Source: Octopus vulgaris (Eukaryota). From it: a stretch of 64,000 nucleotides of DNA. Position numbers and translations under genes: made by a program. How positions within the stretch are numbered: position 1 is the first letter of the stretch; the number at the start of each line of letters is the position of its first letter. Where the stretch lies: positions 83,762,001 through 83,826,000 of the forward strand of contig OX597814.1 of assembly GCA_951406725.2 (NCBI GenBank). The letters run 5' to 3'. Under the pieces are notes generated by a model. It was not told the origin of the DNA. It saw only the letters and a program-made list of their open reading frames with translations, and ran no database searches. Of the stretch, positions 31,790 to 45,477 are shown piece by piece.

Positions 31790-32540
31790 CAAATACCCTG
31801 CATTGAAGATCCACATTTCACCATGCACATGCACTGTTCAATCTGCCCTTAACTCTGAGAGAGGAGCCCTTTATTGCCTGGCAAAGTATAGGATTAGGCC
31901 TCCTGAACCTCTTCCTGACTGTTCTTACTCTGCCTATTGTGCTTTCAAACCATCCTACCCCATCCCACTGGATAACAAACTCCTTCTAGGCAGTCTTTTG
32001 GATATTTGTTAGAACCTATTTCCTGCAAACTTGTAGTGCTTAATGACCCTGTGCATTTGCCTCATAAGACATCTACTTCCTCTCTTGCTGTTGACCAAGT
32101 TTTTATAGCTCTCATGATCAGCAATGTTCAAATAGCTTCTTTTAAACACCTCTTTTATAGCTTGAAGGATTAGAATGAACAGAGAAGGTTTAGGGAAAAG
32201 TTCTGTCAAACCCCTATCTGAACCCTAATTTCATCACTGAATACACTGCTGATTCTCACCTTGTCAACTGCACCTCTCAATATAGCTTATATTGCTCTCA
32301 TAAGCTAATCATTTAACTCTGGTTTCCTCAGACACCACCAAATCATGGGACAGGGAACCATGTCAATGGCCTCCTCTAGGTTGACAAATACTAGTTATAT
32401 ATTAGCTTATTCCTGGTCATGCACTTCTACAGTTACCTCTCTTGAAGGTGGTATCAATAGTATTTTTCCTAGGTATAAAAGCCAAACTGCATTTCAACTC
32501 TTTCTGTAACTTACATGACCTGGTTGACCAGCTTATGAAG
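31790..32540 (-). mobile_element. Old RTE-like RT remnant
   Basis: Minus strand MQFG and FVNLEEAIDMVP resemble MQFGF and FVDMEKAFDRVP of the younger RTE copy. Confidence 0.5.
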
Positions 32541-32834
32541 TTAAATATACCTCTGCACAAACCATTGGAGAACATAACAAGTTAAGTATAAAAACCCAGT
32601 AACATGTCTAATAACTTTGAGAAAATGATGAGCAAATGTCAAAGCAAAACCAGCAAACATAAATATTATGATAGAGAATATCAAATAGGATAGGAAGGTG
32701 TGTGTTGTCATCTGAGTCATTCTACATTATCAAAATAGAGTAGTTAGATTCTATTTAAATAAGGAAAATAATATGACTAACAGCAGTTAGGTCTGCTTAT
32801 ATAATCATCCTTTCTTTTCTTATTTTATCTACAG

Positions 32835-33274
32835 TATATGGTCCTTCAGGATTGCAGAAAAGGTGTGTTCATCCACGACGTCAGAGAAACCGATCTATCT
32901 ACTACCCATGTTTTGAGCACAATAGTACTGGTTCAACTGTGGAAACATTTCTCACTCAGAGATTTGAGACTGATTCAGTCTCTGAATTCTCAGTAAGCTT
33001 AGAAACTATTATGGAAGATGCTGATATCACTTCCAATATGAGTACATTGACACTATCTGATAGCAATGCTGGTAACGAACCAGATGAACCTGTAGGTTTT
33101 CCTTCAGCAAAACCAAAGTCTTCTGCCATGTCTAGCTTAACATCTTATCCAACTAGTGCGGAACATGTAGCCAAAACTGATAAAACACAGATGGTGAACA
33201 TTAAACAAGTCAATAAAACTGTACAACCAGAGGAAAAAACAAAACAAAAAAAAAAATCTGAGAAAAAAGATTGA
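32835..33274 (+). CDS. SHFL: SHFL homolog last coding exon (VYGPSGLQKRCVHPRRQ...HNSTGSTVETFLTQ...SEKKD*)
   Basis: ctacag acceptor. Matches human CAHPKSR...HISSGSTVATCLSQ. TGA at 33272-33274; AATAAA at 33384 and 33561. Confidence 0.9.
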
Positions 33275-33691
33275 AGTCTCAGAGCTCCAGACTGTCGTTC
33301 GTGAAAGTCAAAAATCTGTTGACTCCTAATTTTGATTTCTGTCTTATTTTTCCTTCATACTGGGAAATGGTCAGTAGTTGTGGAATAAATATAACTGATC
33401 ATTTCCCTTAAAATATGGTGCCTTTATTTTATCTAGTGAAAGAAATCACAGCCAGAAGTCAATAGATCGACGCTATCAATTCATTATTCAGCATTATTCA
33501 TGGGAGATTACTCTTGTGGCAACAAAGAAATCGTAAATGAAATTTAAAAGAAAATTAAAGAATAAAATTAAATTTTCAATCATGTATGCATTTGTATGTA
33601 TCAATAATATTAATATGCCAACTTGTTCTTTTTGTACGTACCTGTTATGTGTGTCACACTTACTTCAAAGGAGGAAGTGAGTGACAAAGAC

Positions 33692-33831
33692 GGAGAGGAA
33701 GTAAGAGAGAGTGAAAGAGACAGTGAGTGGTGACAGCATTCGTTTTGTGTTTTTAAATGGTTCAGAGAGGAAGTAAGAGAAAGTGGAAGAGACAGTGAGT
33801 GGTGATGGTGTTCATTTTGGGTTTTTAAATG
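33692..33831. repeat. Two-copy ~72-bp tandem duplication
   Basis: GAGAGGAAGTAAGAGA..GTG.AAGAGACAGTGAGTGGTGA...TTTTTAAATG occurs twice. Confidence 0.8.
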
Positions 33832-34039
33832 TTTATCATATCGCAAGAAAAATAGCTACATAGATCAGAAGAAAAGTTGATACATAGACACATACACACA
33901 TCATTAAAAAAAAAATTGGGAGAAAGGAGGGACACAAAAGAAGTGAGAAAGACAGTAGATACATAGATCCAAAGAAAAGTTGATACAGAGATAGCAAATA
34001 TTGCATGTCACTTTCACTTTTTATTACCACACGAGGATA

Positions 34040-34780
34040 AAATTAACTTGCAGGTGGCTGAGTATTCCACAGACATGCATATCATTAATGTAGTTCTCAG
34101 GGAGATTCAGCCTCACACAAAATATGACAGGGCTGGCCCCTTTCAATTACAGCTACAACTCATTTTGGTCAGCTGATTGGACTGGAGCAAGACCTTCAAG
34201 TAGTTGGAAGAAAATGAAAAAAGATCCTATATAGGAGCAGGAAAATCTTTTTAGTCATTAGGGTCACTATAGGTGTTAATCTGGCCCTAACAGCAGTATT
34301 TGTTGGTCTCCCAGGTAAACACTGATGTGCAGGCTGTTATCAAACTGAACATGAGTCAAAGACAAATACACGACAAAATAGCAATTATTTCATCTTAGAT
34401 TTCACTGCTTATACTAAACATGACATTTTTGCCTTACTATATGGAACATTTCTTTTCACTCTTTTTAAAAAATGGCATTCCATCAGTTACGATGACGAGG
34501 TTCCTGTTAATCTGATCAATGAACAGTCTGCTCATAAGATTAATACACAAGTTAACATGCAAACCATAAGGTAGTTCTCAGCGAAATTCAGCTTCACACA
34601 GAATGTGACATGGCTGGCCCCTTTGAATTACAGCTACAACTCATTTTTACTAGCTGAGTTGACTGGAGCAAGGTGATGTAGAGTACCTTGTTCAAAAACG
34701 CTGTTCACCGCAGGGAATCATACTCATGACTTTATGATCGTGGGCCAAATACCCCTAACCACTGAGCCATGCACTTTCAC
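34040..34780 (-). mobile_element. Two copies of a second tRNA-derived SINE family (related copy ~51440-51680)
   Basis: Shared GTAGTTCTCAG..GATTCAGC...GGCTGGCCCC...TACAACTCATTTT...GACTGGAGCAA. A reversed tRNA-like head (TAACCACTGAGCCA) lies near 34756-34770. Confidence 0.65.
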
Positions 34781-36766
34781 TCTCTTAAACAGAAAAAAGG
34801 AGTGAAGCAAGGGAGACAGAGAAAGAAAACCTGTTATTTACAGTGACAATTAGACTGAAATATGATCGATCTTTCCTAGTTTCTTTACTTTTAACAATGA
34901 AGAAGAGGGAAAGAGATTTAGTAATGAATAGAGGGAATGTCTTTCAGGTGTTTACATTTTTAGTCTGGGAGTTCTAGAACGATTAACTGTTAGTTCTCTC
35001 TTCTTTTCCCCACCCCCAGTACTTATTCACCTTCTATCATAGTTCTTCATGTCTCTTTGTTGGCAGGGAAAGACCATGTTTTTCTTTCAGGCACATCTAA
35101 CGTTTTCTCTACAAACTAGCCCCACTCCCTTTTTATTTTTCATATAAAAAACTAATTGCTTTATCACTCCATCACTACCTTCTTCCCAACTACTCCCACT
35201 CACCCCCATATAATATCAGGTAGTCATGTGTCTCCTTTATAGCAAACATTTGTACATTTCATCCCCTCATTATTACCTTTCAACACCTGGCATAAAGCCA
35301 CCTCCTCCTCTCGAATACTTCCCCCACTTAATTGCAAGAACTTTTTTCAGTTTGTTTTTCCTGTCCTACAAGTTACTTGGCAACCTCATTAGTGTTGGTG
35401 CCATGAAGAAAGCACCCAGTATACATTGTAATGTGGTTGGCATTAGGAAGGACATCCAGCCATAGAAACCATGCCAAAGCTGATACTGGAGCTTGGCACA
35501 GCCCTGCAGTTCATGAGATCTTATGAAACTGCCCAACCCATTCCAGCTGTTAAATGAATGTTAAAGGATGATGTTGAGACCAGTAATTTGGAGGGATGGG
35601 TTAGCTGATTAAATTGATCCCCATATTAACTAGTATTTTATCAGCCCCAGAAGGAAAGACAAAATGAATTTGACAGGATTTGAAATCAGAATGTAAGGGG
35701 TCATGTCTTAATATCACCAGGTATGCTCTTATGATTCTACCAATTCACCACCTTAACCCTTTTCATACCAACCCAGCTGAAGCCTCCTCTGGCCCCTGTG
35801 CCAGTGGCATGTAAAAAGCATCCATTACACTCACAGAGTGTTTGGTGTTAAGAAGGGCATCCAGCTGTAGAAACACTGCCAGATCAGACTGGAGCCTGGT
35901 GCAGCCTCCCGGCTTCCCAAACCCTGGTCGAACTGTCCAACCCATGCTAACATGGAAAACGGATGTTAAACGATGACGACGATGAAGAATAATAGGACAA
36001 ATAGATATCTACTCTTCCTTCTGTTCAATAATTACAAAACTGTTTTTTAATTGGCCACAAATCATTGGTAATATGTTATCAATAATGGAGAGAAGTGAGA
36101 GACAATGTAAAAAACCATAAGTACAAATATTTTACAGTAATTAGTTCCAGTACATGTATCTCTCCCCACAGACACAAACAAGTTCTCTTAATGCAAGCTG
36201 ACAGAGAGCTGCTGCATGGCTGTTTAGTTGTCAAATCTCCCTCAGAGTACAACTTACTATCTTGAAGACAGTGGATGATGTAGTTCTCTACATTCCATTA
36301 AACCACAGAACATTAGTTTACTTTAATGTCACTGGTCTGAGCTTAGATGGTGTTAAAAGGGTCACAAAGAATCAACATTCACACATGTATATGCACTAGT
36401 GATCGGCTTTCATATAGTTTCCATCTACCAATTCCCCTCACAAGTTATTAGTCAGCCCAAAGCAACAGGACTGAGGTCCAAACCTCATGGTTACAAAGCA
36501 AACTCCATAACCTACCATTCCTGGATAATTAATCTGCTGAATTATTACAAACTTCTCTTTGAACAAAAATCTATGCATTTTAGCACAGTAAAACAGTAGA
36601 TAGAACCACTATGGGATTTCCTGACCTGCTAGAAATAGTAACCAAACCTTTCTAATGACACATTCTATCTTGAAAAAAGATTCATTGGATAATGTAGGTC
36701 ATGCTACAATACATCTGAAAACAAGATGGGATGATTGTGGCTAGAATGCTTTTCATTATAACTCTA

Positions 36767-37318
36767 CACTTGCGTCGGAAATTAATTAGCACTTCTCAAA
36801 TTTCTACATTTTCTTAATTTAATTAACTTATCAGAAACGAACTCGTTTTTAATCAAAAATTTATTAAAACATATCCCAGCACACCACATAATTGTTATTA
36901 ATCGTGAAATTTAGTCAATATCTTGTTGCACCTCCTTTGGCAGCAACGACAGCTGCTACGCGGGTCGGCATGCTGTCTATGAGTGCCTGCAGGTACTGTG
37001 CAGGGATGGCCCCTCATGCAGCAAGAAGTGCCCCAAACAGCTCATGTCGGTTCCTGTATTGCTGCACATTCAAATCCCTACCCAATCGACTCCAGAGGTT
37101 CTCAATAGGGTTCAGGTCAGGTGACTGGCCAGCATACTCCTCGCCACCAAAGAGGTATCCCGTACTATCTCAACGTACTTTGCTGCGTTGATGTTGCCTT
37201 CGACGGCATAGAGCCGCACAACACCACTGGAGCTGAACGCCCCTCACGCCATCAGACCACCCCCACCATGCTTCATGGTGAGCAAATCAAGGGTGCTAAT
37301 TAATTTCTGACGGTAGTG
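36767..37318 (-). mobile_element. Internally deleted Tc1 element
   Basis: TA flanks and 27-bp TIRs (CACTTGCGTCGGAAATTAATTAGCAC). Minus strand gives TMKHGGGGLM and QSPDLNPIENLW...SMPTRVAAVVAAKGGATRY*. Confidence 0.9.
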
Positions 37319-37939
37319 TACTAGACTAGGACTGAATTGGGAATAAACAATTAAAAGTTTGAGGGAAATAGAAGTATGCATGGTTGAATAAAGTTCACAA
37401 AGTAGGACTAATAATTTGGGGAAGAGCATAGGATCATTTAGATTTCATGAGAGAAATTAACCTTGTAAGTATTTAATGATGCTTAATCACCACAACATTC
37501 TTTCATTTGTTATTGCCACCAACATACTATAATGGAATAACACTGCACATGTAATATTTTGAAACTTCGCAACACATCTAAGCTACATTATATCATGCAC
37601 TACTACTCTTTATCACATTAAGCTACACAAAAATTTGCTATAGTTGATTTCACTTAATTGCATATGTTTACAGTCAATATCAGATATAATCAAGTTTGTC
37701 AGTCCATTGGAATGTTGTGACCAAGTTCAAATCCCAACATAATTCTATAATATTTTTGTGTAATGAGTTTCTTCAATATATAAATCAAGTAGTTTTTGGA
37801 CACTATTTTATTGCTTACTTTATTGATTACATTAGCTTGTGACTGCCAGAACTAAATTTTTCATGGCAACTAATGTTACACAAATTAACATAAACTGTCA
37901 GACAGTCCTTGTCAAGATATATGAATCTGACAAAGAATA

Positions 37940-38700
37940 TGTTTCCCTGAAAATAAGACCTGGTCTTATATTGATTTTGCATCCGTAAAACACACTAGAG
38001 CTTATTTCCGAAGAAATCCAAGAAAAACAAAGAAGTCTCATGTCCTTGTGTAAAAGAAAAAAAATTATAAAAAGGAAATCCATGTTTTCTGTTATCAAAA
38101 GTTTATTTATTTGCTTATTGTTTTTAGTCAAGTACAAACATTTCCTCCTCTTCTGGAGCATCATCAAACCCTGAACTTCAGTCTGAATTTCTTGCAAATC
38201 CATTTCCGATAGAATCATAGACCTCAGTCTCCTATGTTTGGCAATATAACTTACCTTAAATAAACACTTTATGTCTAAGTACCCTGCTCATAATGCATTG
38301 GCAACGCATCTGTTGGTAATTTTATTCCATGAATTCTTCACCCAATTCGCAACTTCTTGGAGGTTGGGTTTGACAAAGTTTCCACACTCATTTCTCTCCA
38401 TTCTATGTTTAATATAGTGATTCACTTCCATCCACAAATAATCCTTGAGGGGCTTGTTTATTACAAGATCTAATGTTTGTAGATATGAAATCATTCCCGT
38501 GGTAATCATCATGTGGTCAATTCTTTCAGAAAGGAAGGTTTTCATATCTCTTGCATGGTGAGTACTGGCCAGAGCCCAGACTAAAAGACTTCTTTGAGAA
38601 CCGTTAAATCAATCCATTTTCTTATAACAGCTTGTGTGCACCAAGACTTTACAGTTTCAAGGACATAAATGCCTGAAACTCGTTCTACTTTCTCTTTTTT
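37940..38700 (-). mobile_element. pogo/Tigger-like transposase fragment
   Basis: I..GMISYLQTLDLVINKPLKDYL...WVKNSWNKI matches the DDE_1 LQPLD..N..FK motif. TIR-like TTTCCCTGAAAATAAGACC at ~37943. Confidence 0.75.
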
Positions 38701-39812
38701 GAAAGTTAAATATTCTGACCATGAACAATGCAGTATCAGTTACAGATGAGCCACTTGATGAGGTGTCTGATACTTTGACTCAGTTATCTAGCAGGTCTGT
38801 GAATAACTTAGTTCTCATACAATATGGATATTTTTTCTTCCCTTTTGTGAAGGTGCTTAGGGGTTGTTAGATTGCTGCACTTGTGATTGCAAAACTGAAT
38901 TTCAATTGCTGGACCGGATGATGTATTTCATTCTTGAACAAAATTCTTTAAGTTGCACCAGTCCACTCAGCTGTAAATGGATAATCCTGCAATGGACTGA
39001 CATCCCAGTCAGGGGAAATGTGAGCTCTATCACTTATACACCATGGAAACCAAGTGACTGGCTCTATTAGTCCTAGATCTTGAAACGGTACATTCCTTTT
39101 CTTTTAGGATTTGAAAGTTGTTTCTTTGAATGCAGAATAACATGAAAATAGTCAATCCAAGAAGTTTCTAAAACTTTGAATAATAGAAGTTCTTTCACCA
39201 AAACAAAAAAATAAAAATCAAGAATTTAGTGTTTTAGTTTTTTATTAGAAAAAAATTGCAATTTCTGCACATTAGGGATTTTTAATCTTTGCCCAAAATA
39301 TTAAGAAAAATACGTTAAAAAATAATTTATTCATTTAGAATTTTATGCCATCAGTGTGTTGAACACTTTGTAGAAATAACAAATTTCTCTAACAACCCTG
39401 GATGGAGATATTGAAGCTTACAGAAAATATTCAAATTCTAGTTTTGCTTGGGTCCCATATTGTAATACATCAAATATCATATAGCATCCACTGAACCATT
39501 TGGTATTACCATAAAAAAAATTTTTTAAATACCTTATAATTCTAAACAGTATATTTTGTTAATTTTTCAAAAAATGAGAACTAAATACTAAAAAACAAAT
39601 TGAGCTGGAAAGTTCATTTGAAACAAATGGCAATGCTGGAGTACCACAAAACAAGTGTAATGCCATTACTTAAAGATTTATTTTATACCAAATAAGAATG
39701 TACTAGAACCAAAATAAAATACCCTTTCCCTATAAGTGTTTTGATAATGGATTAATTTGTTATTGAACGTCAATTTAGTCATACAATTCAAAACCAATTA
39801 AAAAGGTATAAC

Positions 39813-39944
<132 letters not shown>

Positions 39945-41374
39945 CTAAAAATAAAAGGAAAAATAAAGAATTAGACTATAAACAAGCAGACATATCTATA
40001 TTCAAAGTATGTATATACCTACATTAGCATGATGTTTTTGCTCACTTGTCACTCTTGCTACTAGATGTACAGTGAGCAATTAATTAGTCTATTAAAGATC
40101 TATGGGCTATGACACCATTATTCACAAATTCATCAACATTGTTTAACGTCCATCTTCCATGTTAGCATGGGTGGGATGATTTGACAAGAGCCAGCCAGGC
40201 AGAAGCCTGCACCAGACTTCTGCGACTGTTTTGGCAGGATTTTTACTGCTGGATGCCCTTCCTAACACCAACCACTCAGCAAAAATGGACTTAGTGCTTT
40301 TTATGTGGCGAGGTCAGTTTTGGCAAGCTGGATGCCCTTTGGAACATCAACCACTTTACAGTGTGGAATGGGTGCTTTTAAGTGTCACCAAGTACTTGCA
40401 AGACAAGAAAAAAAAAAAACCTTTCAAGAGGATGTGTTGGATGATGAAAGGTTATAGTAAGAAAGAGACAGGTGTCTTGCTGTAGAAGAAATACAAGGTT
40501 ACCCAGCTGGAAAGAGAGAGAAATCAGGAATGAAGACAGAAACAGGTGCACTACTGCAAAGGAAATACATGATTACCCAACCTGAGGGATGTGTAAAAGG
40601 AGAGAAAGAGAGTTGGAGACAGCAGGATAGAGGTGGTGGTAAAATGCTAGACATACTCACAAGGGATGGGGATCAGAGTATAAACGGGATGGTTAAGTAA
40701 AGGAAGAGAGAGATATAGATGGTGGCAAGTGCTAGGGCATACCCTTGAGGTTTGAACGCCATAGTATAAGTGGCAGGATATTGTGGAGGAAGTGTGATTA
40801 GAGAGTGTGGAAGAGGAGTGACGAAAACCTGGGTATATATAGTTGGAGGTGGGGGCTACCAGATAGCAATGATACAGAGGAATAGGGACATGAGGACAGG
40901 GATGGGGAGTGAGATCTAAGCATAATGTATGACGGAGGAAATATGAAGAGATGTAGATTGGTTTGTTGGGGTAGGGTGAGTGAAAAGTTTTCTTGTTATG
41001 TGTGGGTGGAACACACAAGTTGCAGGCTAGCAGAGAGCAATGATACAGTAGCACAGGGCTAAGAGGACTGGGAGTGCAGGAAACAGAAATGTAAGGATGA
41101 GATGTAGAGACATAGTTTGGTTTGTTGTGGTAGTGTGAGAAGTTTTCTTGTTAAGTGTGAGTGGGACACACAGTGCTTCTAGAACTCAGTTTCGCTGACG
41201 TGGGTAGGTCTTCTCAAGAAAAATTAATGTTATAAAATAAATGAACACCCATCCAGCTTAGTTCAATAGCCTACTTCTTAAAAAGTGATAAGCTTGCTAC
41301 TAGGTATTTGATATAAAATTAAAATAATTAGCAAGTTCTTTAACACTGACAATGATGTAACAATTTTAGACTCA

Positions 41375-41620
<246 letters not shown>

Positions 41621-42207
41621 TCAAACAAAAACCTAAATCTGTAATCTTTTATTCTTTTACTTGTTTCAGTCATTGAATGTTTTTTTAACGTGTTTAAGTC
41701 TGAACATAAATGGATTACAGTAAACAAAAGAAATAGATGTACAGTATATGGAATATCACTACATTGGCTAAAAACATTCAAATTTCTCTTCCATTTTAAA
41801 ATGGGTTTAGTTCGAAGTGTTTTCAAAATTGCTTCTGCAAATTGTAAATAAACCAGCATACTGCCAGCAGCTGTCTCTACTGTGCAGCAATTTTCTAAAG
41901 TGCCATTAGCCTGTGTTTCTTATTTCAGAAGTTTATTGTATGAAGATATATAAAATGATGTGTAAAGAACCTTGCCTGAAAACTGCAACACCATCTTATT
42001 AAATATATCATTAGTTTTATTTGATCTTGTTGGCACACTAACTAAGACTATTCTTAAAATATTACTTAACAGATTTCTGCTCAAATGCAGGCAGAATATT
42101 GAATATTTTTGTGAAGATGCACTGTAATCAAAAACCAGAAAGCTATTAATCAAATAGCAAAAATCAGCAAATATGAGCATTGTTTAGACAGCATTTTACT
42201 GTTTTGT

Positions 42208-44222
42208 GTTACGGAGAGGGTCATAGCCCAACTAATTAGAGAGAGAGTTAGTTTAGATGAGATGCAGTTTGGGTTTGTGCCAGGGAAAAGTACTACTGAT
42301 GCTATATTCCTGGTAAGGCAGCTGCAGGAGAAATACCTAGCCAAAGATAAGCCCCTGTACCTGGCTTTTGTTGACATGGAGAAAGCCTTCGACAGGGTCC
42401 CCCGATCCCTTATCTGGTGGGCAATGAGGAAACTAGGGATAGATGAATGGTTAGTGAGAGCTGTGCGGGCCATGTATAGGGACGCTGCTAGTAGGGTGAG
42501 GGTTGGAAATGAGTACAGTGAAGAATTCCGGGTAGAGGTAGGGGTCCACCAAGGCTCAGTACTCAGCCCCCTCCTATTTATCATAGTCCTCCAGGCAATA
42601 ACGAAGGAATTCAAGACAGGATGCCCTTGGGAGCTCCTCTATGCTGATGACCTTGCTCTAATTGCTGAGTCGCTATCAGAACTGGAGGAGAAGTTTCAGG
42701 TGTGGAAACAAGGATTAGAATCGAAGGGCCTCAGAGTCAATCTAGCTAAAACCAAAGTCGTAATCAGTAGGAAGGTAGACAAATCACAAACACCTTCAGG
42801 TAGATGGCCCTGCTCGATCTGTAGAAAAGGTGTAGGTAGAAACTCTATAAGATGCACCAAGTGTAAGCTATGGACACATAAGAGATGCAGCAATGTCAAA
42901 GGAAGGCTAACTAGGAAGATGGTTTTTGTATGTGGCAGATGCTCAGGAACAATAAACACTGAAAATGCTCTGAGACCAACTTCCGTCACTTTCCAGGGAG
43001 AAAAACTAGAAATAGTTGATAGTTTCCGTTACCTAGGTGACCAAGTCAGCAGCGGGGGCGGGTGTGCTGAAAGTGTAACTGCTAGAGTAAGAATAGCTTG
43101 GGCAAAGTTCAGAGAGCTCTTACCTCTGCTGGTGACAAAAGGCCTCTCGCACAGAGTGAAAGGCAGACTGTATGATGCGTGTGTACGAACAGCCATGCTA
43201 CATGGCAGTGAAACATGGGCCGTGACTGCTGAGGATATGTGTAAGCTCGCAAGAAATGAAGCCAGTATGCTCCGATGGATGTGTAATGCCGGTACTCACA
43301 CTCGGCAGAGTGTAAGTACCTTGAGAGAAAAGCTGGACCTAAGAAGCATCAGTTGTGGTGTGCAAGAGAGACGTTTGTGCTGGTATGGGCATGTGGCGAG
43401 AATGGATGAAGATAGTTGTGTGAAAAAGTGCCACACCTAGCGGTTGAGGGAACCTGTGGAAGAGGCAGACCCAGGAAAACCTGGGACGAGGTGGTGAAGC
43501 ACGACCTTCGAACTTTAGGTCTCACTGAGGAAATGACTAGAGACCGAGACCTCTGGAAGTGTGCTGTGCGCGAGAAGACCCGGCAGGACAAGTGAGTCCA
43601 TAACCCGTGGCCTTCTACATGGGATGGAGCCAGCCTACGTATGCATACCTTCCCTTCTTGGGACACAAAACTACTTGTGAAGACGTGTTGAGGCAAGTGA
43701 GGATCAGAATGTAAATTGCGGATGTGTTACCAGTGCCGGTGGCATGTCGAAACTCTACTTGTGAAGACCCGTTGAGGCAAGTGAGGATCAGAATCGAAAT
43801 CGATCAATGGAAATTGCAGATGTGTTACCAGTGCCGGTGGCATGTAAGAGAACTTTCCGTTTCGTGACCATTGCCAGCACCGCCCCGTTTCGTGTCCGTT
43901 GCCAGCCTCGCCTGTCCCTCGTGCCGGTGGCACATAAAAAGCACCATCCGTTCGGTGGCACATAAAAAGCACCATCCGTTCGGTGGCACATAAAAAGCAC
44001 CATCCGTTTGCCAGCTCTGTCTGGCACCAGTGCGGGTGGCATGTAAAAAGCACCCACTACACTCACGGAGTGGTTGGCGTTAGGAAGGGCATCCAGCCGT
44101 AGAAACACTGCCAGATTTGACTGGGCCTGATGAAGCCTTCTGGCTTCACAGACCCCAGTAGAACCGTCCAACCCATGCTAGCATGGAAAACGGACGCTAA
44201 ACGATGATGATGATGATGATGA
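42208..44222 (+). mobile_element. Young 5'-truncated RTE LINE (RT, PHD finger, 3'-UTR, (GAT)n tail), antisense in AHCY intron 7
   Basis: QFGF, FVDMEKAFDRVP, GVHQGSVLSPLLF and YADD motifs. A single 1-nt deletion near 43437, with the natural stop at 43593-43595. Confidence 0.97.
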
Positions 44223-44453
44223 ACTTGGGAATTATGCCATTGGTAAATTTATATTTAATGTACAGATCAGTATTTTGTATTGGAACCATTCTATTGCTGT
44301 AAACCATCTAATATCAATGGAATAATTGTGGCAGGGTTTATCACAACCCTGGCCTCAGTAAATTACTACCCTAACCTCACAGCAATGATAGATACATCAG
44401 TTAAAAAAAAATTATAAAAGAAAGAAAGCACTTAATTAAAACTAAATATTTAC

Positions 44454-44659
44454 CTGTGGCTGGATAACCACTTTTTCCACTGCATTCTTATTTAACCAAT
44501 CAACATCAATTTCAACATCAAAATGGCCAATGTTACAAACAATAGCATCATCTGGCATTTCCATGAGGTGTTTTGGTGTAATGATATCACGACAGCCAGT
44601 AGTTGTTACAAAGATACGTCCAATTTTACATGCTTCATCCATAGTTGTAACTTCATATC
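44454..44659 (-). CDS. AHCY: AHCY exon 7 ([11 protein letters not shown]...[13 protein letters not shown]...QPQ)
   Basis: NIGHFD motif, AG/GT boundaries and consistent phase. Confidence 0.98.
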
Positions 44660-45477
44660 CTGAAAAAGAAAAAGTTATTTTTGCTTTTCACTATATTACA
44701 TCTATTTTTCAAAATTTGCATTGGGACAGATGCTCTTTATGTTAGAGCATTCCTTGTATTAAGCACAGTTATTCTAAAACAGTATTTGGTTAATAGTCCA
44801 GTAATCTGACCTAGCATTCATTGTGCCATGATAATAAAATCAAATTCATATAGAAAGTTCCAACATAGTAGATAAGCACTATCCAAACAGACAAATTAAT
44901 ATGAAATACTGACCCTATGTGTAATATAGTTAGTGTGTTACAAGAAACCTAGCTTAAATCTAATGAATTGCAATAAGATTACTACTGCTGTTTTTGCTCA
45001 GATCTACCTAGAAGAATAGTTGAGTCAATATGGGAGATTAAACTTGGGATGCAGAAAAAGTCAGTTTATTAGACAGTAATAGGCCAGAACTATATGAAAA
45101 TAAAGCAAGGCTATAATTAATACAGTACTGGACCCAACATGAGAGAAAGTTTAATATAGTCTGATAGACAGCAGGTGAGAAACAAAAGTATACCAGTATA
45201 TCAGCACATGTGAGTTTGATAACCTGTTGTATAGTGAAACTGTACACCCCTTCTGGTAAAAAGTGATAGCAGCTAGCCATTATAAATAGATTAGTAGCTG
45301 GTTGAGAAGAGAAGGTCAGGAATGTCGAGAGTACATTATAATGCTTAAACCTTTTGAGGATAATAACACTGTATGACTGGGGGTTGTACAGTGCCACATA
45401 GAACCATTCTATCGATGACTTTGGAATATCATAATATCTGTCAGAATGACAACCATCATCAAAAGATAGATACAGCA

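Noticed and set aside
40400-41180. Purine-rich stretch with a 135-aa minus-strand ORF (similar region at 27300-27790)
   Set aside because: Low-complexity, with no recognisable protein motif or splice structure. Probably decayed repeat.
42262-43440. 392-aa ORF as a host or domesticated gene
   Set aside because: It is a 5'-truncated RTE with no endonuclease, a frameshift at the end and an intact retrotransposon tail.
43430-43445. Programmed frameshift in the RTE ORF
   Set aside because: The homologous copy at about 12520-12545 reads through in one frame, so this is a 1-nt deletion or a sequencing error.
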